From: Balanoglossus misakiensis
Taxonomy: Eukaryota; Animalia; Hemichordata
Assembly (NCBI GenBank): GCA_040954595.2
Contig: CM082579.2
Coordinates: 740,922 to 804,921 of the forward strand
Length of the DNA: 64,000 nucleotides
Direction: 5' to 3'
The notes beneath the pieces were generated by a model. The model did not search any database. It was not told the origin of the DNA and was given only the letters and a program-made list of their open reading frames with translations. The position numbers and the translations under genes were made by a program. Of the stretch, positions 37,142 through 60,152 are shown one piece after another (position 1 is the stretch's first letter; every line of letters begins with the position of its first letter).

Positions 37142-40100
37142 GAAACATGAGAGACAGGTATACATACATACAAACAAATAGCAGGAAACTTTGCAAACAA
37201 AGAAATATAATCTGACTCGCAACCGGTCTTCCTGTGTCGGCAGTCATTCTAAAGACTCCATCATCCGATTTCAAGTGTTATTACGCAAGATTAAATCTTG
37301 ATTCTCGCTGAAATTAACGAGAAAGCTTCCGATTCGAACTGATTAGATTAAGATATTAACCATAGCTAGAAAAATAACATTTTAATTATTTTATCGCGGG
37401 GTCTGCGGAAAGCAGCAGAAGAGGTTATCAAGATTAATATTTGGCTAATTTGAGCCAAACATTATTCGCCGAAGTAAGAACAAATTAAATGTACATAAGG
37501 AAAGAGCAGAATATTATTTATTCACGAAAGATTATGGGCAAATTAGCCATGTTTTGATATGCCGTCTGCTGTCACATATGACAATCTAAAGTTTAGTTTA
37601 TATATGTTACGGACAAAAAATGGAATAGAAGTGATAGGGAGAAAATCGTAAAGAGCCACTGCCCTTTTACATATAAACATCACCCTTTCCTTTCGATCTC
37701 TGCATGTGAATTATTCGCCGAAGGACTACTTCGTGATATCATGATAATAACATCAAACAGTGACGCCAAAAACATACTCAGATTCCTGGACACCCAATTT
37801 TCATTATGAAAGTAATATCAGTGAGATCGGAAGTAAAGTAATACTTGAAACAAAAGTGAGCGCCGATGTAGGGATTTCCAACCGAAGCTTGTATCAAAAT
37901 ATTTGCAGATATAAAATATACACGAGTACTAACACTTTTACTTTAATTGAGTAAACAGGTGCGTGCCGAACCCCTTTCTTGTTTTTCAACAAACCACAAA
38001 TCTAAAGAAAACACCATCATAGTATTGGGTTACAATTCGGTTTGATTCAACTTGACCAACACGCCCAACATTTTCCTAATCGTTGAAAGATTAGAATTGT
38101 GATTTTTCAAGCGCACATATAATCTGTCGGTCATTTTCAATCTGCCTAATGAACTTAGACTATATAAACACATCACGCTATACAAACACGCCAAGCTGTT
38201 GGCCCAACTGTGGTACCAACTATTATCACAGAGTTTACACGGAAACGTTGCTGTATATTCACGTTTACTCATGGATGAGGAGGATTTTTGGGGGAATACA
38301 CTTAACTTTCAATTAAATTCACTTTGGAATCTTTTTAAGGTGACTGTGGACTTTTTACAGAGTGATTGATGAGGGGAGAGACCGTGACAATATAATTTTC
38401 ATGGTGCGTTAGTTCGATTGTTTGAAGTCGCCTTTCTTTCATTCCCCATAATGCAAATTGTCTATCGATTTAATTGTTTGATTGACTTCGCCCGAACTTT
38501 AAAAGGGGTCACGTGACTTCACCCTCATTTCGAACGGATCAGTCACGTGGCAATGCAAACTTCGACTACGGGCCTACACCGGGATGCGTCTTTTTTAGGA
38601 TGAGTCATAAGATGTAAGACAAGAAATAGAGAAGATTCTGGGTTGTGGCATTCACTTTGTCTTCTGTTAATTTTCCGTATGTACATGTTCCTATCTTTAC
38701 TGAAGAATTTTCACCATCAGTATATCCGAAGTATTTCCTCCTGGGACGGGCAAGTAGATTGTAAAGTCACCCAAATAATGATAAAACACACAAGACATAC
38801 CAACATAATTGGCGAATGAAGTACGCACCCGAGCGTATCCCGCGTGCAAACAGAAAATTAGTGCTTTTATTTTTTGGAGGCGGAGAATGAGGTGTTTTGA
38901 GGGCCACTACTAAAGTGTGATAAATGTCCTGGTGACACATTTCCTATAACCTTGGAGTGTTGAAACAGATTCTGAATTTTAAGTGTAATAACAAGTCTTG
39001 ATTTAAGTGAGATTGTGCGTTATACAAATCGAGATTCTCTGCGAAATGTTAAATGTCAACAGTTGTAACAATTTCTGTTAAATTATGAATATGACTATGC
39101 ACATTGCAATGATCCATTGAGGTAGAGTCTGAAGTATAGCAATACGCGTGGCTGAGAGGATTGAATGTCTATCAACAAGCGACTTCTTGTCAGGAAATCT
39201 TAATTCATCCGTTGCATTCATTCCAAAGAGACCACTCAATAACACCGGCACTCAATTTGATAATTGGAATGTTTCCGGGATCAATGGGCAATGTGCTGCT
39301 TCTTTGCCACCGACAAAGATGGATACATTTCTCCTTTTTATTTGCACTTTTAAAGTGTTAAAGTAGAAACCAACATTGATGCATTATGCTGATGAAAAAA
39401 GGGAGTGCTTTTAGGAGTGTACAGCCCGAAGCTAGAACATGGCAGCGTTTGAATGGAGCACATTTCCATGGCTGTTCGCCTGAAATCAATAGTGTTTCAT
39501 TGTACGCCCCTCTAAAGCCATAATGTACACTGTGGTAAACAAAAGATCCACTACGACTTCCCATCAAATCAATGTTTAATATAATTACTGCGATCTCTAG
39601 TCGCGAAAGTTATCATTTCCAGGACATATCAGCTAAACTCTATGTTTCGTGACTTTACATTGAAACTGTTCAGTTTCTGTGAAAATTTGCTATGTTTCAC
39701 TAAAGGGACCAATGAGATGGCAGCCTAACGATTTCTCGAAATTTTCTCGTTCTAATCGAATTAGACTAACCCTGGAATTGTTTTTATATCGAAATCGCAA
39801 CCCTTTTTACAAAATTTTCAGTCACGATTTTCAAACAACAGTATTTGCCCAAGTTTCTTCTCAACGCTAAGACTCTGAGAAACGATGACAAATCTCGATA
39901 TGGCTTCGTAATGCGTTGTTTATTTAGTGTTTCACTATTGGCGAGGTGCCTTCAGGGCATAGTTTCAAACGCCAGCTCTTTATCCTTCCTTTTACTGCTG
40001 ATGGCGTCCACCAAGTGACTTTTGAATATTTTTCTTTGATTAGGAAATCGCAGCGGAATATCTTTCAACAATTAAACTCGACTTAATCATTTTAGTGGGA

Positions 40101-41157
40101 GTATAATTATTAAGCGCTTGCTGAACCTGTTTTCTGATTTTATCTCATAGTTGAGTCTCGTTTTTTTTCTCCTAATTTAGATTATTACAATGCCGTCAAG
40201 TAAAATCTCGTATTGATTTTACCTTTGTGGCTGGTTATTTATTGCTTGTCGTTGTTGTCGCTGAGAGCTTCCTTTCCAGGAATGTGAAAAAATGTCTGAT
40301 TGCTGTTCAACACTTTCCGGACATACACAAGGTGTGAAAACACGCCGATTGGACACACGACCTGAGCGATGGATAAGAGGAATGTTTCTTATGGGAAATT
40401 GCAAAACACTGGAACAGAATCCAAAAACTTACACTGGGACTTGTGTATTCATTAAATAAAGAGTCACGAACTTTTACGACCCAATTCTGAGAGACACATC
40501 CGTTCGAACCCGAAAGAAAGAAAGACAGGGATCAAACTAGAAAACATTAATCTTATCTGGTCACAACCATTCAAAACGATGAACAAGACCGAGTAACGGG
40601 TTAGACAAAACGGCCCGATGCCAACAGCGCGTCACGAAAATGACAGCGTATTACACAACCAGCCAAGTTCGTTTCCAGTGAATTTTTTTGACAGAAGAAA
40701 GTGACATGGTCACCTTTGTTGAGTTACAGCCATGAAATGGGCCAGATGAAACATACATTATTTTGCACGAAGTAAGACATTTGAATAGGGGTCAAAATAC
40801 TGTGGGCTTTGTCCCGGGGGAATCACTCCAATCAAGTTACATGTGTAGACACTTTGACAGTGGTAACAAACCAATCGAAACTCCGCAAACATTGACGGCA
40901 AAGGAAATCAATGACTGCCCGTCCATTGTGTACAGCGTAAACCGTCTAATAACTACGCCTATGATTTTTCGATGATTAAAATATCGGGTGCCAATTGCTT
41001 TTAAGAGTATTGTTGTGCCTTGATTATGCTGTGGGGGCCACCAGTCTATGAAAGGTGAAAGCGGTCGACGGGAAGCGCTCATAAAGAAAAGGGACTTGTC
41101 ACTTCAAGAGGCAAACAAATGACTTTCAGAACGCTGGTGTGATTTCAAAGCAAAGCA

Positions 41158-41215
41158 CATTGGTAGACGTGCGGAGCGTGCGCTTATCGTATTGGCCAAT
41201 CACAGCACGTTTGCA
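41158..41215 (+). promoter_or_regulatory. Putative Phox2 proximal promoter CCAAT elements
   Basis: ATTGG at ~41160 and palindromic ATTGGCCAAT at 41191-41200, 150-190 nt upstream of the ATG. Confidence 0.35.
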
Positions 41216-41349
41216 AACTTACCGCAAAGACAGCTTTCGAGAAGAAAAGTCGCATTTAAGAGGTAAAACCACTCTGTCATATTTATCCAGACCACTTTGG
41301 TTTCCTCTCTGCGACGAAAAGTCGAAGAAAAAAGTAATAAATCCGCGAG

Positions 41350-49789
<8,440 letters not shown>

Positions 49790-51999
49790 CGTCATTTGTA
49801 TTTAAACACATGATACTCCATTTTGCACTTTCAGGCAGTTGTGATTTTATGAACAGTGTATCTTATTCAAAGTGTGACATATGCGAGTGACAAGTTCTTC
49901 AAAATGTGACCAACCAGGTTGATCAATCTATAACGTATTATCAAATTACCCATTTTATTTAAATACAATATTTAAAAAATAAACTATTTAAAAGTAAAAT
50001 GTTTAGAATCGCCTTGTGTTTAAGACTGTAATTCAAAGTGCAATCATGTAATGTCGTTAATTTATACATATTAAAAAAGTTAACTTATCATGTGCAAACT
50101 TGCGGATAACTGAGTTCCTTGTTTGTACATCAAGATTATTTGTTCTTGCGAACTGCAAATTTCCTATTTTAATTTGTTTTGTGTAAATATATCAACCAAT
50201 GTGGGGAGCATCAATTACTTGAGAAGGCAAACTTCTATGAAGAATAACTATTATTGGTTTCAGAACTGTTTCTGTTCTACATTTTTGTCAGTGAATGTTA
50301 AACCAAGACAAAATATCAATTATAATAACGGGTATTTTGCATTGTATGTGGTCCAGAATGTGCAACAACTTAGGTAGGGAAACACAGTCGAATCTAAGTT
50401 CAAAAGTTGACGTACAACTCCTAACCTGGACTTTTTTTCCAGTCGCTGAACTTTCATACAAATCACATGACTAAGCCAGATTTGACCATTACTTAAATGT
50501 AGTGTTACACTCCTGCAATGATATTTCTATAAAAACACTGACACTACCCTATACATGTACTGCATGTTTATTACAACACTTCTCTACTCTGCACAGCATT
50601 ATATCCACAGGAAATAACAAGCAATGGTTTTACAATATCATGATGCATTTTCTTGCCACATTTATTTAATATTTAAAAACCAAACTCGGATCTTTTATTT
50701 GTAATGACATTGTAAGTTCAATCTCCAATAAAAGGAACAGCGATTGTTGTTTTCAGAAAATATTTCGTCGTGAGTTTTTTGCTTGGTCAATGAAACTAAG
50801 ATAAGATGAGCCATAATCGTCTTTTTATAGCAAATTTAAAAATAGTGATTGTCGGAAATAACTTGTTTAAATCCAGTATTGTTTTCATTTCTGTACGATT
50901 CCTAAAAAACGCGACCGCAACATCATTGCGCCAGGCATAACCGTGGTCGCTGCCGACTCAGTTTTCTAAAGCATTAAAATCGCAAATTACCGGAGTAGTG
51001 TTCACGTTTTATTTATGCATTGTGCCGTTGAAAAAATAACTAACTAAGACTGCATCCATGGTAATTTAATTATGATCACAGATCGATAGAATTGACTCAC
51101 ACTTTGAATTGCGTGTTCTAACGTTACGACATAGCGTTCTGAGTAGTCATCTCTTGCTCCAGAAAGTTGAATCATGCAGGTCGTTCCTCTAGCACAGCGC
51201 CCCCATGCTACAGAGCAGGTAGACTTTTCGACGAAATGTTCACTTCTCGGCAGTTATTTTTAAAACATTGATCGATAATAACCGTTTACTATTCTTCTTA
51301 TACACTTTTAAACAATTAAATTTATGTTCACGATAACACGACTAGACAGGCCTTGAATTTTGGAGAAATGACATATTATTTTCGAACGGATTTTATTGGT
51401 TGCTTTCCCAGTGTTAGGTCATAAAAAGGCCAGGAATAATTTCTCCTAAATGACGCAGAAAGTAATAATTACTACATTTTGACTTTACAGAGAAATTAAA
51501 ATCCCTGCTACACTCGTTGACCCGTCACCCAAATCAAATTCTAAACGTAAAATGACAAAAAACACGTCAGGGTTAGCAAAGAAGGGTCACAAGTACCCTA
51601 ATTTTCTTTGCAGATTTGCTAATTTGTCGTGCTTTTTCCTAATATGAACAAGCAAATGTTGTACGGGTCAAATATGGACGTGAAATATGTCGTGCCGATA
51701 TTTAAAAAAATTAAGTTAACAAATCACGCGTCGTTTTTATTGGATAAGCTTTCCAACGAGACGTCGTCAGACTATGGTGAAATAAATCAAATTTGTACGA
51801 GCGATTAAAGTTGAGCGAGAGATAGGTCTGCGTGGCAGGGCTGAATGTCTTACAGCTACGCCTCAACACCACCGACTTGAACGAAGAGCTAAGCGAGTGA
51901 AATCGTTTTCCCGGCCAATTTAGCAACGTATATTACCATGGCATACAATTTCATGAAAGCATGTTTCTATCCCGAAGTTCCTCTGTGCCAGAAATATGA

Positions 52000-52021
52000 G
52001 GGGGGGGGGGGGGGGGGGGGG
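52000..52021. repeat. Poly-G tract (22 nt)
   Basis: Directly visible, 12 nt beyond the stop codon of the BDH1-like gene. Confidence 0.9.
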
Positions 52022-52033
52022 TAAAATTACTTG

Positions 52034-54061
52034 TCATCTATAGATGAAGTTGCCGACTGAGAGTGGTAAGTGGACTTTTATAAAAACTTTGATTTTATCT
52101 TTCCAGTCACCAACAAAATATCTCGTTTTTGGTTTCTCGGACGTTATTGCGCCCTCTATGGTAGAAAGGACCATGGCCTTCTCTGTGTGACTGTCATAGA
52201 AAAATTTCATCATGTTTTCCTCTTGTGCTTGGAATGCCTCTCTGCCATAATCCTCTCTGATATCAGCCTCCGATTGCAGCCACAATGTCTCACTGATTTT
52301 ACGGACGCTTTCTTGGCTAAAGATACCAGTTGCTGCCACAAAATTGGCTGGTTCTATAAGGCACACAGAAACGCCCCACGGTTTCATCTCATATCGAAGA
52401 CAATCAGAAAAGGTCTCCACACCATGCTTACAAATGCAGTAGGTTGATCGACCACCAGCACTGAACATCCCCAGCCAACTTGACATATTAATGACTCTGC
52501 CTGCAAACATTTAAAAGTAAAAACTTATCACCCAAATTGCTAAAAACAGGCCAGAAATGACCGCGCACACTGTTGTGGTTATACCAGCGTCCATCTAAAA
52601 ACTGCCTCACCGTATAGACACTTCAATCAAATTCAGTCACGGTACACATGTACAGCCCATAGCAAGGACTGTTTTTTTTATGGGCGTGGATTTCATATAT
52701 CCGACAATGGTTGTCTATGGGGAGCAGCATGACGACAATCATGTCACATAGGGCCTACAGAGTATTCATGGTTATACATGTGTCAGGTCATGTCAATTAC
52801 CTACTAGTTTGCATATGTAATGAACTTTTAATATTAACCAAGCAATACTCTGCTAATTTGAGATTAATCTACAGCTATCCATCTCTTCACTTTGTACTAC
52901 ATATAATTATAGAGCCTGATTTCTTACCTTTGGCTTTCCTTATCAACGGCAGAAATGCTTTCGTTGTCCTGACCACTCCCCACAGTGTGACCTCTGCAAC
53001 CGCCTTGTAATTTTCCATCGTACACCATTCAATCTGACCGAATGTTGACAATCCAGCGTTGTTTACTAAGGCCCACAAACCTGTAGGATGCATAGGAAGG
53101 TGTTAACAATGAACTCATTATTAACATAAGATTTTAAGGCTGAAAAATACTAGTGCATGTGAAATACGCATGTAATACCATACCCATCATGTAAAGAAAG
53201 CACCAAGCTTGGCACTTTTTTTCATGTTTAAAAATACACTCAGTTGATGAAGCCCTAGAATGCAACTGCCACCACTTTTTGTGCGTTTTTTTTTAAAACA
53301 AACAAACAAACAAACCTTTAAACATGATTTATACAATGACCAAAATGGATTTTATAGAACTGAAGCCAAAGGTAGCACATGTGTAAAAATCAACTTTGCG
53401 GAACGTCCCCTATAAAGTGCGATGTCTGGGGTCATCTCGCGGTCATCACTAAGGAAACATCGGTAACCATGAGATGACTTGACCCATCGCATGCATCACC
53501 CGGCCGGCCGGCCATGTGCAATTCCACGGCGGTGCTATTGATCTTCTCGTTAGTATCAACCACAGTTCCTCTTTCTTGGGGGACTGTGTATCAACCTGCC
53601 CTATTCAAACTTCCATCACGTGATATAAACAGCAAGGTCAAAGGCTACACGTGCTCACCTGTGTTGTCAGTCCTCTCTCTCACGAACTTGACCGCATTTC
53701 TGAGCTGTTCTTCGTCGGTAACATCCAGCTGTATGACATGCAATCGTTCAGACGACAGTTGTTGCAATTCTGCAGCACCGCTGCCGCCACTGTCTTTCAA
53801 CAAACACCCAGCGAACACTGTCAGACCCAGGCTATGCAGGCGTTTTGCTACGGCGTGACCGAAACCAGAGTCACAGCCAGTGATGAGTACGGCTTTGTCT
53901 CGTACACTCACGCGTTTTACAGTCTTTAGAGAAAGCGAAATGCAGCAAATGAAGAGCAATGCTGGCAAGACTACATATGCAATGAAACCATCATTCATGA
54001 AAAACGCTGAAGTTAGCACGATACATACGCTACAGCTGATCAGAATTGTGGATGCCGCCAT
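52034..54061 (-). CDS. BDH1: Short-chain dehydrogenase/reductase, D-beta-hydroxybutyrate dehydrogenase-like (SDR9C, BDH1/RDH-type), ~340 aa
   Basis: Exons 54061-53659, 53080-52928, 52500-52034 (1023 nt, in phase). Motifs [13 protein letters not shown] (Rossmann fold), [18 protein letters not shown], catalytic YCICK, and [21 protein letters not shown] typical of BDH1. Hydrophobic N-terminus. It may be one of several paralogues rather than the strict orthologue. Confidence 0.88.
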
Positions 54062-55116
54062 GTTTCCCTTTGCGCTTCTCTCGTACAGCGCAGCCAGCGG
54101 CAGAATTGGGTCAATGAACGAGACTACGATACATATACAATGTAGATCTATCAAGGACACTAGTTCAAGTTGCATGGTACTTTCATCTGGCCTATAGCGA
54201 TCATAGGGGTCATTTTTCTAATTTACAAGAGAATTGCCTACAATACGACCTATGTAGAATTTAGGTACTCGTTTTGATAAGTTCGTATTCTACATTATAC
54301 CATGGTCCCTACTCATGATGTTCTTGTTGATTTGCAGATGTATGTACACAACATAATACAGTGCTATGGGCTGGAGGGGTAATTAATGACAAATTCAATT
54401 TTATATCAATAGAACTATGCACATTTATTAATTTATTACATTATTTTCAAGAGGCGTATTGTTATTAAATCAAATATTTTCGACATGTATTTCACACACG
54501 CTATATATATATACACCATATAGTAAGACTGAACATATTATGAATTGTATTTACACGAATTACACAATATTCTTAGAATTACATTTCAGGTTAGGCCTAA
54601 ATAAAATGACCATCTTCAGCTCAACTTTGTCAGAGGTATCAACCACGCATGTTCACATATACCTCGCACGGGGTCTATACAATTTGCAAGCAATCCAAGA
54701 GTATCAAGTATAAAGTTTGAATCCGTTACCTACGGCGCCAAATCGCCGGCCTAGCAAAGGACCAATACACAAAGAACATTGATTATAATTCTTAGAATTT
54801 GCACAATAAAAGAGAAAAATTGAACACAACGGATTGACTGACTATCCATCACCGATTCTATGTATGTCTTTACACACTATATAATACGTCTTAGTCGCGT
54901 GACTAGAAAGAGTACGAATTGACAACGCACATAATAAGTTAATATTGAAGTATATGTGATAGGCTCTCTGTAAACACTCTGAAACCAGTGACAAATTTTA
55001 TAAATACTGTTCATGTTCGCATTACTAAATTGATTCATATATTGCACATGAAACGGGCCTAATCAAAGATTTTGAGAATCATCATTATCTCATTCCATAA
55101 ATATTTTAATGTTAAA

Positions 55117-55175
55117 TGATGATGATGACGATGATGATGATTTACTTGTTGTTGTTGTTGTTGTTGTTGTTGTTG
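55117..55175. repeat. (TGA)n + (TTG)n trinucleotide microsatellites
   Basis: Directly visible just downstream of the GPCR stop codon. Confidence 0.9.
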
Positions 55176-55201
55176 AGAATATTTCACAACACGAGCATTA
55201 G

Positions 55202-56215
55202 TCATGTGACAGGGACCACTTGACTTGTCTTCTTGCGGGTGAAAGCAACCTTTAATCCATCTTGAAATTGTTTATATTTGAGCGCATATATCAGAGGGTT
55301 AACACACTGATTTAAATAGACCATAACAATGCATAATTGCCGTACTTTTTCATTGACAATATACGTACCAGTCAAGTTGTATATAAAATAAATTATTTGA
55401 TTGGGCCCCCAACAAATCGCAAAGGTGCAAGAAACAATGCACAACGTTTTAATGACGTTTTTTCTTGCGCGGTCCATTATATTGTTACCATTGTTTGATT
55501 GTTGGACGCCTTGTTTTCGAAGTGCTATGGCCATGTTAATGTAAGCAAAGCAGAGTATCAACAATGGCACCAGATATTGTACCAGAAACACAACAACACC
55601 AACCAAAACCTGCAAGGAACCCGTCGGGTAATTCACCTCGCAATAACCATGGTTGGAGTTCCTGTATATGAACATGCCATAAGATTGGTAGACGTTGCCT
55701 AGAAACCAAATCAAAATACAAACAAATTTCAGCCTCGAAATGGAGAAATGATTAAAATGGAAAATAGGATGCACAACAGCGAAATACCTTTCCAGTGTTA
55801 GAGCAACCAAGTTGAAAGTCGATGACATGTAAGACGCCCAAAAGAAGTGATGTGACAACCACAGCCTACAAAGAATTTCTCCAGAAAGACCCGGAGGGAC
55901 AACAATCCCTTTCTTACCGAAAATACGAGTGAAGAGAAAAACTGAACCGGTGAAGTCAATTATTGATTGATTCAAAATCAACATATTTGTACGCGTGCGC
56001 AGTTCACGAACACGTAATATGACGTAACACACAATGACATTTCCCACGATTCCCAAAGTACCGATAATCGTGGTTAGTATTTCAGTTACATCTAGATAGG
56101 TCGGTTCTCCATATTCGGACTCTTGATGAGATGAGTTGTTTATGAATGTACTGTTGTTCATAAAATCAAAAACCTGCGTAGGCTCACTGGTGACAGAATC
56201 GTTGGTGGCATTCAT
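55202..56215 (-). CDS. Rhodopsin-class (class A) GPCR, galanin/allatostatin/somatostatin-receptor-like orphan, 337 aa, intronless CDS
   Basis: Seven hydrophobic segments with GN (TM1), NQSIID (TM2), LERY (TM3), FAICWGP (TM6) and NPLIY (TM7). N-terminal N-glycosylation sequons (NAT, NDS, NNS, NST, NSS). Possible 5'UTR splice acceptor at ~56563. Confidence 0.92.
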   Translation of the reverse strand: MNATNDSVTSEPTQVFDFMNNSTFINNSSHQESEYGEPTYLDVTEILTTIIGTLGIVGNVIVCYVILRVRELRTRTNMLILNQSIIDFTGSVFLFTRIFGKKGIVVPPGLSGEILCRLWLSHHFFWASYMSSTFNLVALTLERYFAVVHPIFHFNHFSISRLKFVCILIWFLGNVYQSYGMFIYRNSNHGYCEVNYPTGSLQVLVGVVVFLVQYLVPLLILCFAYINMAIALRKQGVQQSNNGNNIMDRARKNVIKTLCIVSCTFAICWGPNQIIYFIYNLTGTYIVNEKVRQLCIVMVYLNQCVNPLIYALKYKQFQDGLKVAFTRKKTSQVVPVT

Positions 56216-59200
56216 GACTTGTTCGGCCCAAAATGATTATTGTTTCGATAGAAAACAAATAAACTGTTTGTATCAGTCACTGGCCAACGTCACAGCAGCC
56301 TCGATATATTTTATCGACAGTCGGTAACTCCAAGCAAGATAATTGTCAGTGTCTTTTTAAATCAAAATGTTGGTCGTTTCTTGTCCTTTGATTGTCTTCA
56401 CCACTGACCAAACTCTGACGTCATCAAATCAAGTTGACCGCTAATGATGATGCACAACACCTGACGAGCTTCTTATGATACAAAGAATTGGTCGATGCCT
56501 GAAGTCTTCTGGATAATATTCTGCTTCTACACTACCGATCGAGAAAAATTGCCACCGCGTCCCTGAAAATTGAAAAAGACAGACACAGTACATCGTTAAT
56601 TGTGTATGGGATCATTTATATCCCTTTAATGTTTACAAATATAGAATTTACCCGATATTTATAGTTTCAACTTTGCCATAGCAAATACTGAATAATTCTT
56701 GCTATATTCATTTCATTCATTAACAACAAATATAGTAAAGGCAAGCGTGTGAAACTTTTACCTAGATTAAAGTATGTATTAGATTTTAAAAATAACTCTT
56801 TGAAAAATAAAATTTCAAAATGGATGAGTGCACACTGGCAGAAGATTTCTTCATGCCAGCAAGGGAGGATGACAGAAACATTTACGGGGGTTGACATATG
56901 GTAGAGTCTTGGGCGTTTTAGTCTAGATCACAGAGGCGCAGCCGGGATCAAACATCTAACATCAGTAGCTGGCCATACAGCAGTTGTTGATAATATATAT
57001 CCGGCAACCGATATAGCACGGAATACCCACAGCTTCTTACAAACTGACTTGAAGACACCGGATTAGGTGAAACCTGGACTTCGTTGAGAGTATACATGGA
57101 TATACATGCAACAATATGATTGTTCGGGAAACTCAATAGAAAAAAATCTTAAAGACGGATGTTAACTTTTTCTCCGTAGATGTCGAAGGTGGAAATCATA
57201 TTTTAAGGCAAATTTGGTGCCGATATAATGTGAAGCCTTAGGGTTGAATAGCAGCTGAAACCTGAATATAGTAATTAGAGATGCGTAGAATGTCCTATTG
57301 CCTCTTTAAATTCGAAGCCTGCGTTCGGGAAATAACTTCCTTTTGGAATTACCCGAAATGCAAAAGATCAAAGTAATGCGAACATAGCGTGCCTTGATAT
57401 CTCCGCCCAATCGGGGAAATATGAAAAAATAGACACATTTTACATCTTGGGGAAAAGTCGTGATTACCTTCCAGGCACAAGACAAGATATGAAAGTAAAA
57501 GACGCTGCTTAATTGTCTGAGATTTCCTCACAGACAGCTCAGCAATTGTTTACGTTATGCAAAAGTTGCCTTTCTGCAAAAAAAATGTTCCTTAAAATGT
57601 AGAAATTGGTCACCTGACCCGGCATTGTACTGCATTACACAAATGAGATCATTTCCTCCTGGATCCTGTGGTAATAAAAATGTCTCTTTTGACAGAACTT
57701 GCTTGAGTCGGTCATAGTATGATGTAAGGGCTACAAGACACTCAGTGGGTGTGCAACCTACGAATTCATCTTTGACATTTGAAGAGAATACAACACTTGA
57801 ATAACTTTCAGAAATCCAATGCGAGACCCTGTATTTAATAATGTATTGACAACAGTTGCATCTGTGAAATTGTATATTTGCTTATCTTTCATTTTAATTT
57901 CAGTAAGAAGTATATTGTAATCATTTGACAAATACCCCCTTGGTTTATGGTCTGGAGGCCTTGAAATGCAAATAAAAGTGCACTTGACTTGACTTGATAC
58001 TTTGTAAAATAGTGAAATTTAACAATAATTCCAAGTGATGGAATATGTTGGACGGTAAAGTCCGACTTCTTGAAGTTTCCAAAGGTTCGATTTTCAGCTG
58101 ACTCGACACAAATTGGGCAAATGAAGGCTAGAGTTAACGTTGTATTTTCGCAGCTGCAAATTAAATTATCATTCTGAATGTTATGGAAATTTAAACTGGA
58201 TAGTTGACTATCTAATTCTCAGTTGTAAGTGTAATAATAATTGACACAAATCTTACCATGTGATCACTGTAGAACTTGGCTTGATATCTGTGGACACGAC
58301 ATCGACACAAGATGCACCGGTGTGTTCAGTGGTGATATGGGCACATCGATATGGTGACAGTCCCTGATATCAGAAGATATAGGTCACGTGGTTCATTGGG
58401 AACCTTTGCTCATAATAATGTGACGAAAAGCGCGTGATCCACAGTTCTGTTTCTCTGCATGGTATCGCTTTTTGGATTGGTTATTCTGCATCACAGCGTC
58501 AGTGATTAGCATATCACAGGTTTAGTTATATTTAGTATGATGACACTGTCACACGAAGCAAATGATATTCATATTTTTTCTTTAATAATGCACATTGCTT
58601 TTCCTAAGCACTGAATCCATCCGCATGAACACAACCCAAACTAGTATCCGTTATATTCTTATTATTCATGATTATTGAACAGCCAGTTTTCAGGAACTAA
58701 ATCCACCAACAGACTGGGCGTAGCCACCTGTGACATCAAAACAGTCCAACAGACATTATCATACCAGCAATAACCAGCAAGTTCAAATGATAACCAAGTG
58801 GAAAATGACCCATGTGTGACCCTTACATCCGGGCATTTTGTTAGTATGAGTCCAGAGCAGCCAAGATCTCTAACTCATCTTCAACAAAAAATGAAAGTTG
58901 TATGATAAACGATGTCATACCAACAAAATACCAGGATGTACATGTATGTACACTCAGAAGTCAAGAAAAACGCCTATAACAGTAGGGACGTCTTGGACAA
59001 CATCTAAGTGTACCAGGTGTTCATAGTGGGTACACCGGTCAAAATTTTGATAAACTTGCCACGTATATTTGATGAGCCTAATGGCAAATTTCTGTGTATG
59101 AAATGCAGTATATATTTGCATTTTTGACCTGAATTACATTAAATTGAATTGAATTGAATTAGTTGAAATTAAATTAAATTGAAATTAGAAGCAGAAGGCA

Positions 59201-59904
59201 AAGATCCTTATCTGCTTGTATAACACTAACAGTACTGTCAATGAATATACCGAATCATAGACTCTAGTGTCAATGACCGAATGAATCACGAAATATAATT
59301 TTCGTGCGAAGCGTCATGTGATTCCACCCACTGTTAAATATGAGAACCAGAGTTAATACTACAAATGATTTGAGTTTAAATGTATATCTATTTGAATAGG
59401 AAATGTGCGCTTTAAAGGACCTAATAGTATCATTATAAGCCGCATACCGGCCCCTTTCTTTGTTTGGTTGATGTCGATTCTTCTTCAGGGGCATAATCAT
59501 CTCCTTTTTCTGTATCACTTCTCATTATTTTCAAGGAACCAAGTCACCATCTAGAGCTTGTATAGTTCAAGTATACATTCTTAGTAAGTGGAAATTACTG
59601 TTTCACTTGTGGTTCAAGGATTTTGAGATGATTGCGGCAAGGAGATTCAGCTCAAGATTAGTGAAATAGCGGTGTTTAATAGTGACCTTGCTATCTTGCA
59701 CGGCATACACCTTTATGTTCATTACAAAAATAGAAACATTTGAAGTCTGGCATGAAAGTAGTCATGTTACAGATGGAGAGATATATGTGTGGCGCATTCA
59801 TGTCTAGAAAATATGATTTTGTTGAAAGAGAAATCAGATATGTAACATTATAAAGTGCTGTGGGCAAGATGTGTTATTTTCACGAGTTTTTTGAAAAGTC
59901 CGTT

Positions 59905-60152
59905 TTCAATCGCAGACGGAAGAACTGCTGTAGGGTAGTACCTTATTTTCAAACCTATGCAATAACTGATCGTGTGTCGAACAAAGCACGCCGCGAATGT
60001 CACGTCTTAGTGATTCTGCCATACTTAGCGGTTGCCGCTCGTATGACATCTGTAAATAAGTAAAATTTGGAAAGTTTAAGAGAATAAGGTTTCGCGTAAA
60101 TATCACATCCGCAAAGTACGTACACATACGTGTAAACCGTTACCCTTTAAAA
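59905..60152. repeat. ~240-bp direct duplication, copy 1 (copy 2 at ~60462-60692)
   Basis: Shared blocks ACCTTATTTTCAAACC.ATGCAATAAC.GATCGTGTG.CGAACAAAGCACGC.GCGAATGTCACGT, CATCTGTAAAT.AGTAAAAT, AGAATAAGG.TTCGCG and AAATATCACATCCGCAAA.TACG.ACACATA. Confidence 0.9.

Noticed and set aside
53645-54175. Longer N-terminus for the BDH1-like protein from the ORF-track start at 54175
   Set aside because: The ATG at 54061 has good context (AACATGG) and yields a typical ~340-aa protein with a hydrophobic N-terminus. The extension is more likely 5'UTR, though this is unproven.
59060-59115. Hammerhead-ribozyme-like arrangement (TTGATGA-GCC-TAAT-GGC-AAA-TTTC...GAAA)
   Set aside because: The core C of CUGAUGA and the G of GAAA are missing, and there is no valid NUH cleavage triplet. 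Most likely chance in AT-rich DNA.
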